The position numbers were made by a program, and so were the translations under genes. A stretch of DNA of 64,000 bases from Azolla caroliniana (Eukaryota > Plantae > Polypodiophyta), in the NCBI GenBank assembly GCA_043228905.1, contig JBHGNT010000022.1, positions 5,766,001 through 5,830,000 of the forward strand, given 5' to 3'. The notes beneath the pieces are model-generated. The model had not been told where the DNA came from. It saw only the letters and a program-made list of their open reading frames with translations, and searched no databases. Each line of letters opens with the position of its first letter. Position 1 is the stretch's first letter. This document shows, piece by piece, positions 35,635 to 45,051 of this stretch.

Positions 35635-35724
35635 GAAAATAAAATAATAAAAATCATAAAAATAATAAAAAATAAAATAAAAATAAATAAATAAAATAAA
35701 ATAAAAATGAGAATAATAGACATT

Positions 35725-35756
<32 letters not shown>

Positions 35757-35775
35757 TATTAAAGAAAAACAAAAA
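35490..35775. repeat. A-rich low-complexity tract with (AAT)n microsatellite
   Basis: About 20 AAT copies at 35568-35630. Confidence 0.95.
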
Positions 35776-36183
35776 CCACGACAACGAGGAGACAACCGAA
35801 GGGAACATGAGGCCGGGAGGGCAAGGAGTAATTGATGAAAAAGATTCGGATACCGACGATAATTAAGAAACTGCGAGGTGGCTAAGGTTGGCATATGGGT
35901 GGCAGGGCTGAACAGGGGTCCACGGGGGATGTGGTGAGGGATTGGGGAAATTAAGAGCTTTTGGGAAACCTTGAGGGGGCGAATGTGGGGGGAGTGTCAC
36001 TCGGGTATTGTGTGAGGTTCTGGGCCCGTGACTTTTAAGGACCCAGACCTGTGGCATGTTTGTTAAGGGGATGGGGAGGATTTGTGAAGCCTTTCTATGG
36101 GGTGTTCGGCCTCTCAGTTGTTTAGGCTTGTTGATTCCTATGGCTTTAACCTGGGCAGGATACTAGACTGATGTGTGTGATTT

Positions 36184-36770
36184 TCAAGTGTCCCATGCGG
36201 GCGTGGTATGATTGTGACTGGGGAGCCGGCTTCGTTTCGGGACCCAAAAGCTAGTGGCGCCTTTGTGCCAACCTTGTGTGGTTGTGAGTGTTTTTTTGAC
36301 TCGCCAAATGGCAGGTTCTCCACAGCACTGTCCGTCTGCAAAAACATCGTGAACGTTCACCCATTCCTGTGGTTTGGGTGTCTGCGTTCTAACATTAGCG
36401 TCGCGCTGGTCCTGGATGGCCGATGGGTGTTGGCATTTTGTTTGGTTGAGAGACTCCGCACCTTGGGGTTCATTGAGGTCCCATGTAGGGGTGGTCCGAT
36501 TGCGAGTGAGGAGCCGGTTTCGTTTCGGGACCCAGAAGCTAGTGGCGCCATTGTGCCAACCTTGTGCGGTTGTGAGTATTTTTCTGACTCGCCACACACC
36601 ACGTTCTCCGCAGCGTGGGCCGTCAGCGAAAATTGCCTGGACTTTCACCCATTCCCGTGGTTTGGGTGTCTGTGTTCTAATGTTAGTGTCGCGTTGGGCA
36701 TGGACGGCTAGTGGGTGTTGGTGTGCTGTTTGTTTGGGTAACTCCACGCTTTGGGGATCATCGAAGTCAG
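36184..36770 (-). repeat. 288-bp (96-codon) in-frame duplication after the second protease
   Basis: GACCC..AAGCTAGTGGCGCC at 36241 and 36529; ORF 36184-37074 repeats QHP.A...QRD.N.RTQTPKP.EWV...WRV.K...QGWH.GATSFWVPKR. Confidence 0.9.
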
Positions 36771-36812
36771 CGAGATGTGATTCAAGTGTTGTTGCAATGA
36801 GGTCCTTAGACT

Positions 36813-39299
36813 TCAGTCCATCTCCTGTTTGGAAGGAGACAATGTGTTTGCTGGGAGTACCCGAACTTGGATTGAGTGCGCACTGTATTCTGTCTTGATG
36901 ATACACACGAAAGTTCCCAGGCAGCATGATGTGGACCCATCGAAGCCACGGAAGTTGTCGTTGCACACTTCGAGGTCTGGGCAACCTAGACATCTCCATG
37001 TTTCGAAGGAGAAAAGGGTTAGTGATGCTCCTGTGTCGATTACCGCCGTCAAAGGCATGTTGTCGACGCAACATCGTAGTTGTATTGTTCCGTCATTAGA
37101 GTTGGCCGCCTTAGCCATGGCTGCCAGATGGGTGTGTCCTTGTCGCTTCAATTTCGCTTGCGTATTGCATAGGTCGGTTTCGAGCTGGGCTATTCGGCCT
37201 TCGGAGGCCTTAAGTTTGGCCTCTACCTCTCGTTGCCGAGCCGTGAATAGAGCCTCGAGTGTGAGGGGTCCATAGTAACATTTGAGCTTGCTCCCATTGA
37301 TGAACCCGGGGATGTCAAAACCTTCGAGGGTGCGTAGGTGACATGCTCCTGTCTTGGTAATCTTTGAAACCACATACGAGCCTTCACCCCGTAACTTAAG
37401 CTTCTTCTTGTGTTGTTGAGAGGAGAATTTGAGGGCCATGTCACCTTCAACGAGGTCTTTGTTCTTGATTTTATTGTCGTGCCACACCTTTCTATTGGCT
37501 TTCTCTACCAAGAGTGCCTGGAATGCGAGAAGGCGGGGGTACCCATCCCATTGTTCTTGTACGGCGATCCTGAGGCTGGGGACAAGGAACTCAATGGGTA
37601 ATACTACTTCTTGCCTGTGCACTAGTTTGAATGGTGTGTGGTGAGTTGTGACTTTGTAGGAAGTACGGAAAACCCATAATGCTGCTTGGAGTTTGGTGCT
37701 CCAATCAGACCGTGAGGCGGCGATTATCTTTGTGAGCACTGCACATAACACCTTATTTGTGCTTTCTGCTTGTCCGTTGCATCGAGGGTAATAAGGAGAA
37801 CTTTTGCAGTGTGTCACCATAAATTTGCCTAGTAAATGTGCTATCACTTCGTTGAGGAAATGTGAGCCTTGGTCACTAATGATTTCGAGCGGACATCCAA
37901 ACCATACTATGACATTTTCATATAGGAATTTGGCGGTACTACGCGCGTCGGCGTTAACGCAAGCTTTAGGTTCGACCCACTTGGTAGCGTAGTCGATGGC
38001 GGTTATTATGTATTGGTTGAGGTTGGAAGCTGGCCTGATTGGGCCGATAAAGTTGATACCCCATTTCTCGAATGGTTGCCATGCCACCACCGAGTTTAAT
38101 GTATTGAAATCCGCTTTTAGCGGGTGTTTGAAACGTTGGCACTCGTCACAACGGCGTACGTACTCGTATGTGTCTTTGAAGAGTGTTGGCCACCATAGGC
38201 TAGACTGGAGGATCTTACGTGCAGTGGTCTCGTGATTGAAATGACCACTTCCGCTCCCGCAATGAGCTTGTTCGAGGGTGGCGATGACGTCGTGGTCTGT
38301 TACACACCTCCGAAGTAGATCGTCGTTACCCTGACAGTACAAGTTGCCACGGAGTATCGTGAAGGGGCCACATTTCTTTAACAAGACACACACGTGTGCC
38401 CGTGGTAGTTGTTTTAGGAAGGACGCTCCTTCAGTTAGGACGTGAATGATGTCTGATGCCCATGCTGGTATGGTGTCGATCGTGAATAATGCTGCATCTG
38501 GTGTTTCATCGTCAACCCTAGTGGCTTCTTCTCCGTTGGGTATCTGGGAGAAATGATCGGCGAGTACATGGTCTTTCCCTTTTCTCACCTCTACCTTGAA
38601 GTCGAACTCGAGTAACGTTACGATCCATCGTGAGATGCGTCCGGTGGCGTGAGTTTTGTTTACTAAGTAGAGTAGGGCTTGATGATCTACAAAAAACGAG
38701 AACCGGGACGCCAAAAGGTAGTGGCGGAATTTCTTTACGCTGTAAACCATGGCCAAAGCCTCCCGTTCTGTCGTGGAGTAATTTTGTTCCACGGCGTTCA
38801 GTTGGCGACTAGCAAAGGTGACCAGTAGGTCGAGTGCCCCTTCATCGGGTTGAGCTAGCACTGCACCAATCGCGAAGGCAAAAGCATCGGTGTGAACGTG
38901 GAATTCTTTGGTCCAATCTGGAGGCCGAAGGATGGGGGCCTTAGTTAGGCACTCTTTCAAGAGCTTGAAGGAGTGTGTGCATTCTTCTGTCCACACGAAC
39001 TGCTTTAATAGGGTGTAGAGCGGTCTAGCCTTGTCTGCGAACAACTTAATGAAGCGACTATAGTAACCCGCGTATCCCATGAACCCTTGTAGTTGTTTCT
39101 CATTTGTGAGGGGTGGCATGTCGCGGATGAGTTTTACTTTTGCCTCATTGGTCGAGATCCTGTGGCGGGACATGACGTGCCCTAATATTAATCCATGCTT
39201 GACCCAGAACTGACACTTGAGTGGGTTGAGAGAGAGTTGATAGGTCTTGCATTTTTTGAACGTCAAACGGAGTAGCCCCAAGGGGTCATGCCATTTCAA
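36813..39299 (-). CDS. Pol segment: RT C-terminus, RNase H, integrase, coiled coil and a second aspartic protease (828 aa open)
   Basis: FHVHTDA, NYSTTEREAL, HHCC (H..G.GH..C..C), KWGINFIGP, SDQGSHF, NGQAE, then VIDTGAS...FRGFDG..CLG. Confidence 0.9.
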   Translation of the reverse strand: MKWHDPLGLLRLTFKKCKTYQLSLNPLKCQFWVKHGLILGHVMSRHRISTNEAKVKLIRDMPPLTNEKQLQGFMGYAGYYSRFIKLFADKARPLYTLLKQFVWTEECTHSFKLLKECLTKAPILRPPDWTKEFHVHTDAFAFAIGAVLAQPDEGALDLLVTFASRQLNAVEQNYSTTEREALAMVYSVKKFRHYLLASRFSFFVDHQALLYLVNKTHATGRISRWIVTLLEFDFKVEVRKGKDHVLADHFSQIPNGEEATRVDDETPDAALFTIDTIPAWASDIIHVLTEGASFLKQLPRAHVCVLLKKCGPFTILRGNLYCQGNDDLLRRCVTDHDVIATLEQAHCGSGSGHFNHETTARKILQSSLWWPTLFKDTYEYVRRCDECQRFKHPLKADFNTLNSVVAWQPFEKWGINFIGPIRPASNLNQYIITAIDYATKWVEPKACVNADARSTAKFLYENVIVWFGCPLEIISDQGSHFLNEVIAHLLGKFMVTHCKSSPYYPRCNGQAESTNKVLCAVLTKIIAASRSDWSTKLQAALWVFRTSYKVTTHHTPFKLVHRQEVVLPIEFLVPSLRIAVQEQWDGYPRLLAFQALLVEKANRKVWHDNKIKNKDLVEGDMALKFSSQQHKKKLKLRGEGSYVVSKITKTGACHLRTLEGFDIPGFINGSKLKCYYGPLTLEALFTARQREVEAKLKASEGRIAQLETDLCNTQAKLKRQGHTHLAAMAKAANSNDGTIQLRCCVDNMPLTAVIDTGASLTLFSFETWRCLGCPDLEVCNDNFRGFDGSTSCCLGTFVCIIKTEYSAHSIQVRVLPANTLSPSKQEMD

Positions 39300-42200
39300 A
39301 TTTCAGCATAAGTCGTCAACATAAGACTCCACTCCTTGTCGTAACCTTGTTGCGAAGATATGGTCCGCCGCTCTTTGGTAGGTGCTTAAGGCGCTCGTGA
39401 GTCCGAAAGGTATCTGTTTATACGCGAACGTACCAAATTCGGTGGCGAAGGTTGTCTTGTGTTGATCCTCAGGGACCACCGAGATTTGGTTGTACTCGGA
39501 GAACCTGTCGATGAAGCTATAAGCTTCTGCTCTCGTGGTTCTTTCGAGTAGATGCTCGATGTAGGGTATCGGGTAGTTGTCCTTGATAGTGGCTTCGTTA
39601 ACTTGGCGGTAGTCGACACATATGCGGATCTAGCTGTTTTTCTTCTGGACGACTACAATCGGGGAGACCCAAGTAGTTTTGTTGATCGGGTAGATAATGC
39701 CTACAACCAACATTTTGTTGATTTCGGCTTTTACTCCTTGGGCGTAGTTAGGGTTCATTGGGCGTGGCCTTTGCCGGATTTGGCGGGCGTCAGCTCGCAT
39801 GGGGATACTATGGGTGACGACCTCGGCTGGGACTCCCTTCATGTCGACGTACGACCATGCAAACACGTCGCTAAATTCCGTGAGGAGGGTGATCAAGGAC
39901 GTCTCCTCGTCGGACTGGAGATTTGCAGCTATGAATACCGGTTTGGAGTCTATCCCTTTCCCGAGGTTGATTTCTTTCACCCTTGCCAGTCCATCATAGA
40001 CTTCTCCTAGGCCTTGGGGGGTGCATTGTGGTCTCTTACAAGCCACTGCCCTATTCCCTTGTTCATAGAGTTTGAAATGCTCTGGGAAGTTCACTTCCAT
40101 CGTAGTCTTCTGAGTGGTCGTGGTGTCACCTGGACGTGTGACTTGTTGTACCAGTTCTTCGTCCTTTATGTCTACTTCTTTTCGCCGGGGTCCCAGGGTG
40201 GTGACGTTGAAGCAAGAGATTGTTTCTCCGTCCTCTTCACAACACTTTGTACCTATAGGGTACATTGCGTCGGTTGTGGTGAGAGCATGTACCCAATTCA
40301 TCTCTGACGTCTCGGAAGTGACAGATTGGTCGTCTCTCTCACGTACGTTCCCCTCTTTGGAACTGGCGAGTCTTTGGGGAAACGGTTGGCCTCTGGTCAA
40401 GAGTTGAACTGTCTTTGTGGGGTTGCACGCTAGGAGGTTGGTCTCGAACTCAGTGGTTTCTGACCAATCGTCTACGAGAGGGCTGCCTTCTTGTTCATGC
40501 ACTTTTTGTGTGTATGGTTTGATGCGGAAGGTTTTGTTGTCTTTACGCATATAGATTATATCGTTCCCGAAATCCATTACCAGACGGCTTATACGTAGGA
40601 ATGGTCTTCCTAGTAAGCACTCATAGGCCACATGGTTGGACGATCTTGTGACGACGAAGGTGAGATGGAACTCCATTCTGTGGATAGTGAAGTGATGCGC
40701 AGGGATCATGCCTTCTAGCCTTTGGATGGACCCATCTGCCATTCGTAGTTTGACATCTGAAGGAAGCATTCTTGGGCTCCCCCACTTACACCAACATTTG
40801 TAACTGACGATACTTACCCCTGCTCCGGTGTCAATGATTGCGTCACACGTCTTACCATTGACGCAGATTGCCAGAGTGAAACTAGTATCGTCACTCTCAA
40901 AGTGAGCTTCGTGGACATCGACTGGCGGTCCTTCGGGTTGTTTGAGGACCGTGGACGTGTGAGGAATGTGGGTGTGTATCCTTTCACCATATCCTGCTGA
41001 TAGGCCACCATTGAGGCGTCAGAGGACGTCATACAATGGTTGAATGTCGAGTTTGAGTAGTTCTTCGAGTGTGAACTCTATTTCCTTGGCAAGTAGAGGT
41101 TGTAGCAGGGGGTTGTCCGTGACAAAGGTGCCAGTGTAGCTTTGCACTTCGCGTAATGTGAGTCGCAATCTTAAATTTTAAGATTTGCTGGAGTAGGGCT
41201 GTGTTGACCTCTTTGATCGGGGTAGGATGGCAAGTGGGGGTGTCGGTTAGTGTGACGACGGGGGGAGGTGGGGGGTTTACCCATTCTTCTAGTTGGTCGA
41301 AGTTTAAGCTCGGGAGACTAAGTGATTTTTCAAACTTTTCGTGGCGTATGAGCTTGATGTATTCTTCTACCGTTTGTTTCTCAGCTATTGGGTTTGGGTA
41401 TTATGCCGCTAGGTGTGCCGATAGTTCTTGATTTGGATTGACAGGTAATGTTTCTATGTCTCCCTCCGGTTCTTGATCTTGTTTTGAGGTCTGCATGGAA
41501 TTATTCTTTCTAGATTTTCGTCTCTTACATGTGGTCGCGGGGAGACCTTGATCTTGGTATTTTAAATTGTGCGCTACTCGTTGAGCCCGTGTGATGACAT
41601 TGGCACCGATTGTGGATGGTACAATGGACAACAGATTTGTGCCGACCCTTTTCTTCTTTTTTGGGCAATCAGGTACTAAGTGTTCCTTACCACACCCTAG
41701 GCATGATGCTTCTATTTGGAACCATTCGATAAGGTCCTGCGACTGTTGGGTGAGACCTTGCGTTGGTGGTTGTGGGGGCGTGTCGAGTGGGAGGTGTCGT
41801 GGTCGTTGGGCCATCCGGTTGTAGTATTCATGTTTGGTTGGGCACTCGCTAACCATATGTGGGCCTTGGCAGTTGAAGCATTTCAATTCTTACCTCCTTA
41901 GACCATTGTTGTTGCGGTATCCCATAGGGGGTCCACGTTGTTCCCCTCTCAGGACGTGCACTAGTATTTGGTCACCTTCAAAGTCCACGAAGTGGGACAA
42001 CACCTCTTCTTCAATGCCATACTCCCGGTACGAGTCTTCATATTTGGGGGTGCTCACCTCGACCTGGGTTTGGTTATCTGTGGTATATTCCAGTTCGGCG
42101 AGGCGGGCGCCGATGCACGATAGTGGGGGTTGTTGAGGGAGTATTGTTGGTAGTGGTGGGCGGCTAAGTGGTGGAGGTGAGCGTGGGTGTTCCACCATTG

Positions 42201-43669
42201 GCATTTGGCCGTACCTTCCAGTGGGGGCTTGCCAACAGTTCTCTTGCGTATGCATCATGAAAGCTTTGCACCACTTACAATATTGATGTCGTCGTTGATG
42301 GAGGAGGGGACACTCATGTCCCGTGTGGTGGCCGTGGCATACTAGGCACCTTACATTTTCTCATTGGGCGTATGCTTGGGGTCTTTCTATACGGGGTGTT
42401 CGCGGTGGTGTGGGTAGAGTAGGGGTGGGGTTTGAGGATTTCTCGCGGTTGTTCGTAGGTGCTTGAGTGGGTATCAGTAACCCACACATTGAATCTTCAA
42501 AGATCATCACTACTGTGTAGTCTTCAGCGACCGATCGACACATCCTGACAATCAGGAAATTTTGGAGTGTCGGATTGAACAACCCATTAATGAAACGGCT
42601 CATCAACTTGTCATATGACATCTTGTCGCTTGAACTACAACGATGATGCAGGCTTTTCATGCGATGTATGTAGTCCCTGACCGTTTCGTTCGCTTCTTGT
42701 TTGAGGGCGAAAAGTTGGTCAATCGGGTTCCATTTATTCCCTCGGCGAGCGAAGTTTATCAAGAAATCCTCGATGACATACTCGAAATCGGCGGCGATGT
42801 CTTCATTCAAGGTTCTAAACCAAATTCCGGCTTGGTCATCAAGTGTAAGTCCAAACGCAGCTGGCTACCTTGGTGATCTCTGTGAGGGGTTCATAAGCGC
42901 GACAAATCTGTTTGAACCTCTCGACGTGATCATAGGCATCACCGAAACCGAGGAAACGGGGTACTAGTTTAGAAATGGAAGCACTCTTCCCACTGTCATT
43001 TGTGAGGTTTCTCGGATGGTTTGTGGGTGCTTGCTCTTTTTCCATCAATGCTACAAGAGTTTGGATGGATTGTAGCGCTAGTGCGAGTTCAACGTTTGGA
43101 GGTGTAGGGGTAGCTTGGTTAGGTGTAGGGAATGTGCCCATGCGTGGTGGTGTCGGGTGTCATTGTGTGCGGGCTTTGTTCGGGCTATCGCCTGTTGTGC
43201 TTGAATGTGGTACAGGGCTGTGCTCCTAACCTCGGCGGTGCATGTGCGACGATGTTTCTAGGAGGTGAAGTTTTTGTTGCACTCGTGCGAATCTATCCTT
43301 CCTTTCTGCCAAAGGGGCTTTGATATCTCGAGTGGTGCTTTCCGGTTGTCCTCCTTTCGCTAGCTGTACCATCCATACATTGATTTCGTGTTCTATCACC
43401 CATAACTCTTGCGCTGCGTCTCGTATGTGTTGCTCTACACTGAGTGGGTCTGCCATTGGGCTCTCTTGTAGTGGGGGTGTGTTGAGAGGTGCTTTAGTTC
43501 CTGGGCTCGATGGAAGGTTCATGTTTGGTAGCATCCCTGGAGTTAGCCACCCTCTGTGGTACTGAGTCGGGTTAGGTGGGATGACATCGTGGGTTTGGTT
43601 GGTTTGTGTGGACTCCTCTTGGCGTGCGGGTCGGGTTTTGAACATCTCTATCCATGAGGATCCGGCCAT
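39300..43669 (-). pseudogene. Gag, protease and RT of the 15.7-kb Gypsy (disrupted)
   Basis: Gag LKQEANETVRDYIHR...FINGL; CCHC motifs; PR AIIDTGAG at 40818-40845 with LLGRPFL; RT DVFAWSY..WVSPIVVV. Confidence 0.9.
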
Positions 43670-43694
43670 GTTTTCTAGTCAAGCTTTTATAGGT

Positions 43695-44010
43695 TCGTCA
43701 AAGGATGAATCTTCGTTGAAGGATGAATATTCGTCGAAGGTTGAATCTTCGTCGAAGGGTGAATCTTTGTTGAAGGTTGGATCTTCGTCGAAGGGTGAAT
43801 CTTTGTTGAAGGTTGGATCTTCGTCGAAGGTTGGATCTGCGAGGTGGATTGAATCTTCGTCGAAGGATGAATCTTCGTCGAAGGTTAAATCTTCATTGAA
43901 GGGTGAATCTTCGTCGAAGGTTGAATCTGCAAGGTGGGTTGAATCTCCGTCGAAGGATGAATCTCCATCGAAGGATGAATCTCCGTCGAAGGTTGAATCT
44001 TCGTCGAAGT
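43695..44010. repeat. 18-bp palindromic tandem repeat (~17 copies) just upstream of gag
   Basis: GAATCTTCGTCGAAGG(A/T)T units; core CTTCG-T-CGAAG. Confidence 0.92.
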
Positions 44011-44149
44011 TTGCGTCGGAAATTCAAACTTTTTGGCGCCAACGGTCGTTTCGTGACCCGTGGGATGATCGTAAGCCGCGAGACTCGCGGTGGTTACGCT
44101 TGCCCTGTAACGGCTCAATCTCCACAATGTTTAGTGTTAACCGAGCGAA

Positions 44150-44368
44150 TGAACAAAACATCGACTTAATTAAACTATGAAATAGAGAGGAAAAACAGAA
44201 AATCAACTTAATTAAACTATGAAATAGTGAGAAAAAACAGAAAATCAACTTAATTAAACTATGAAATAATAAGAAAAACAGAAAATTGACTTAATTAAAC
44301 TATGAAATAGTGAGGAAAAACAGAAAATCCACTTAATTAAACTATGAAATAATGAGAAAAACTGAAAA
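44150..44368. repeat. 42-bp tandem repeat, 5 copies, in the 5' UTR
   Basis: ACTTAATTAAACTATGAAATA at 44164, 44206, 44248, 44289, 44331. Confidence 0.93.
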
Positions 44369-45051
44369 TGGTGGTTCTCTTGCGATTTCTTCCTTCGTTA
44401 AGTCGTTTGCCTCCGAGTTTTTGACTACTCGAAAATAGGCTTCAAGCGTTGGTCGTATCCCCGGTAACGGCGCCAAATAGATGTGAAGGATCTATGTATC
44501 GATGGAGTAACCTCCTCGATGTCGTGGCGGGATTCGGACTGGTGTATACCCTCTTGATGGCGAATCGGGCAGAGATGGTTGTCGGATACCTCCGAGCCTC
44601 ACACTCACTTAACGATTAGTAAATGATTGAGCACGATATCTCTCTCACTCTCTCAAGCTCTCTCTCATAGACAATAGGTTAATAGATATAAACAATAAGA
44701 AGGAAGAGTATGTTTATTAACCCTCTTTGCTAAGAGGTCTAGCACCAACAAGGAGAGAGATTAGTGTTCTCTAACTAAACATCTCACTAATCTCTCTTAA
44801 TCTCAAAGGTTACAAGAAGGAGGAGAGGAAGCTCTAGCTCTAATCAATAGGAGATCTTAACAAATGGGAGAACCTCCACAAAGCCACTACTATGTGCTTT
44901 ATATAGCTTTCACGTTTAGGGCATGGGCCTTTCACACTTGAACGTCTCTTTGCTTTCTTTTCCTCTTGCCATTTCCTCTTCGTACTACGTCCTTGTTGAT
45001 GCGCTCTTATTCATGACTGGTTGTGTTGTTATCCCAGTGCTTAACAACACT

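Larger units (their letters stand above)
29301..45046 (-). mobile_element. 15.7-kb non-chromovirus Ty3/gypsy element with tRNA-Asp PBS, extra protease and accessory ORF; LTRs 29301-29865 and 44482-45046
   Basis: 565-bp TG..CA LTRs about 95% identical by eye; TSD ACACT (29296-29300 and 45047-45051); PBS TGGCGCCGTTACCGGGGA at 44458-44475; PPT at 29866-29877. Confidence 0.96.

Noticed and set aside
35422-35894. Poly-Leu/poly-Tyr membrane-protein ORFs (env-like)
   Set aside because: Translations of (AAT)n and A-rich low-complexity DNA.
43695-44010. Heat-shock elements (GAAnnTTC) in the 18-bp repeat
   Set aside because: Only two correctly spaced units; the third GAA is 1 bp off canonical HSE spacing.
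43581-44180. 199-aa Ser/Lys-rich ORF on the plus strand
   Set aside because: Translation of an 18-bp (multiple of 3) repeat, antisense to the element's 5' UTR.
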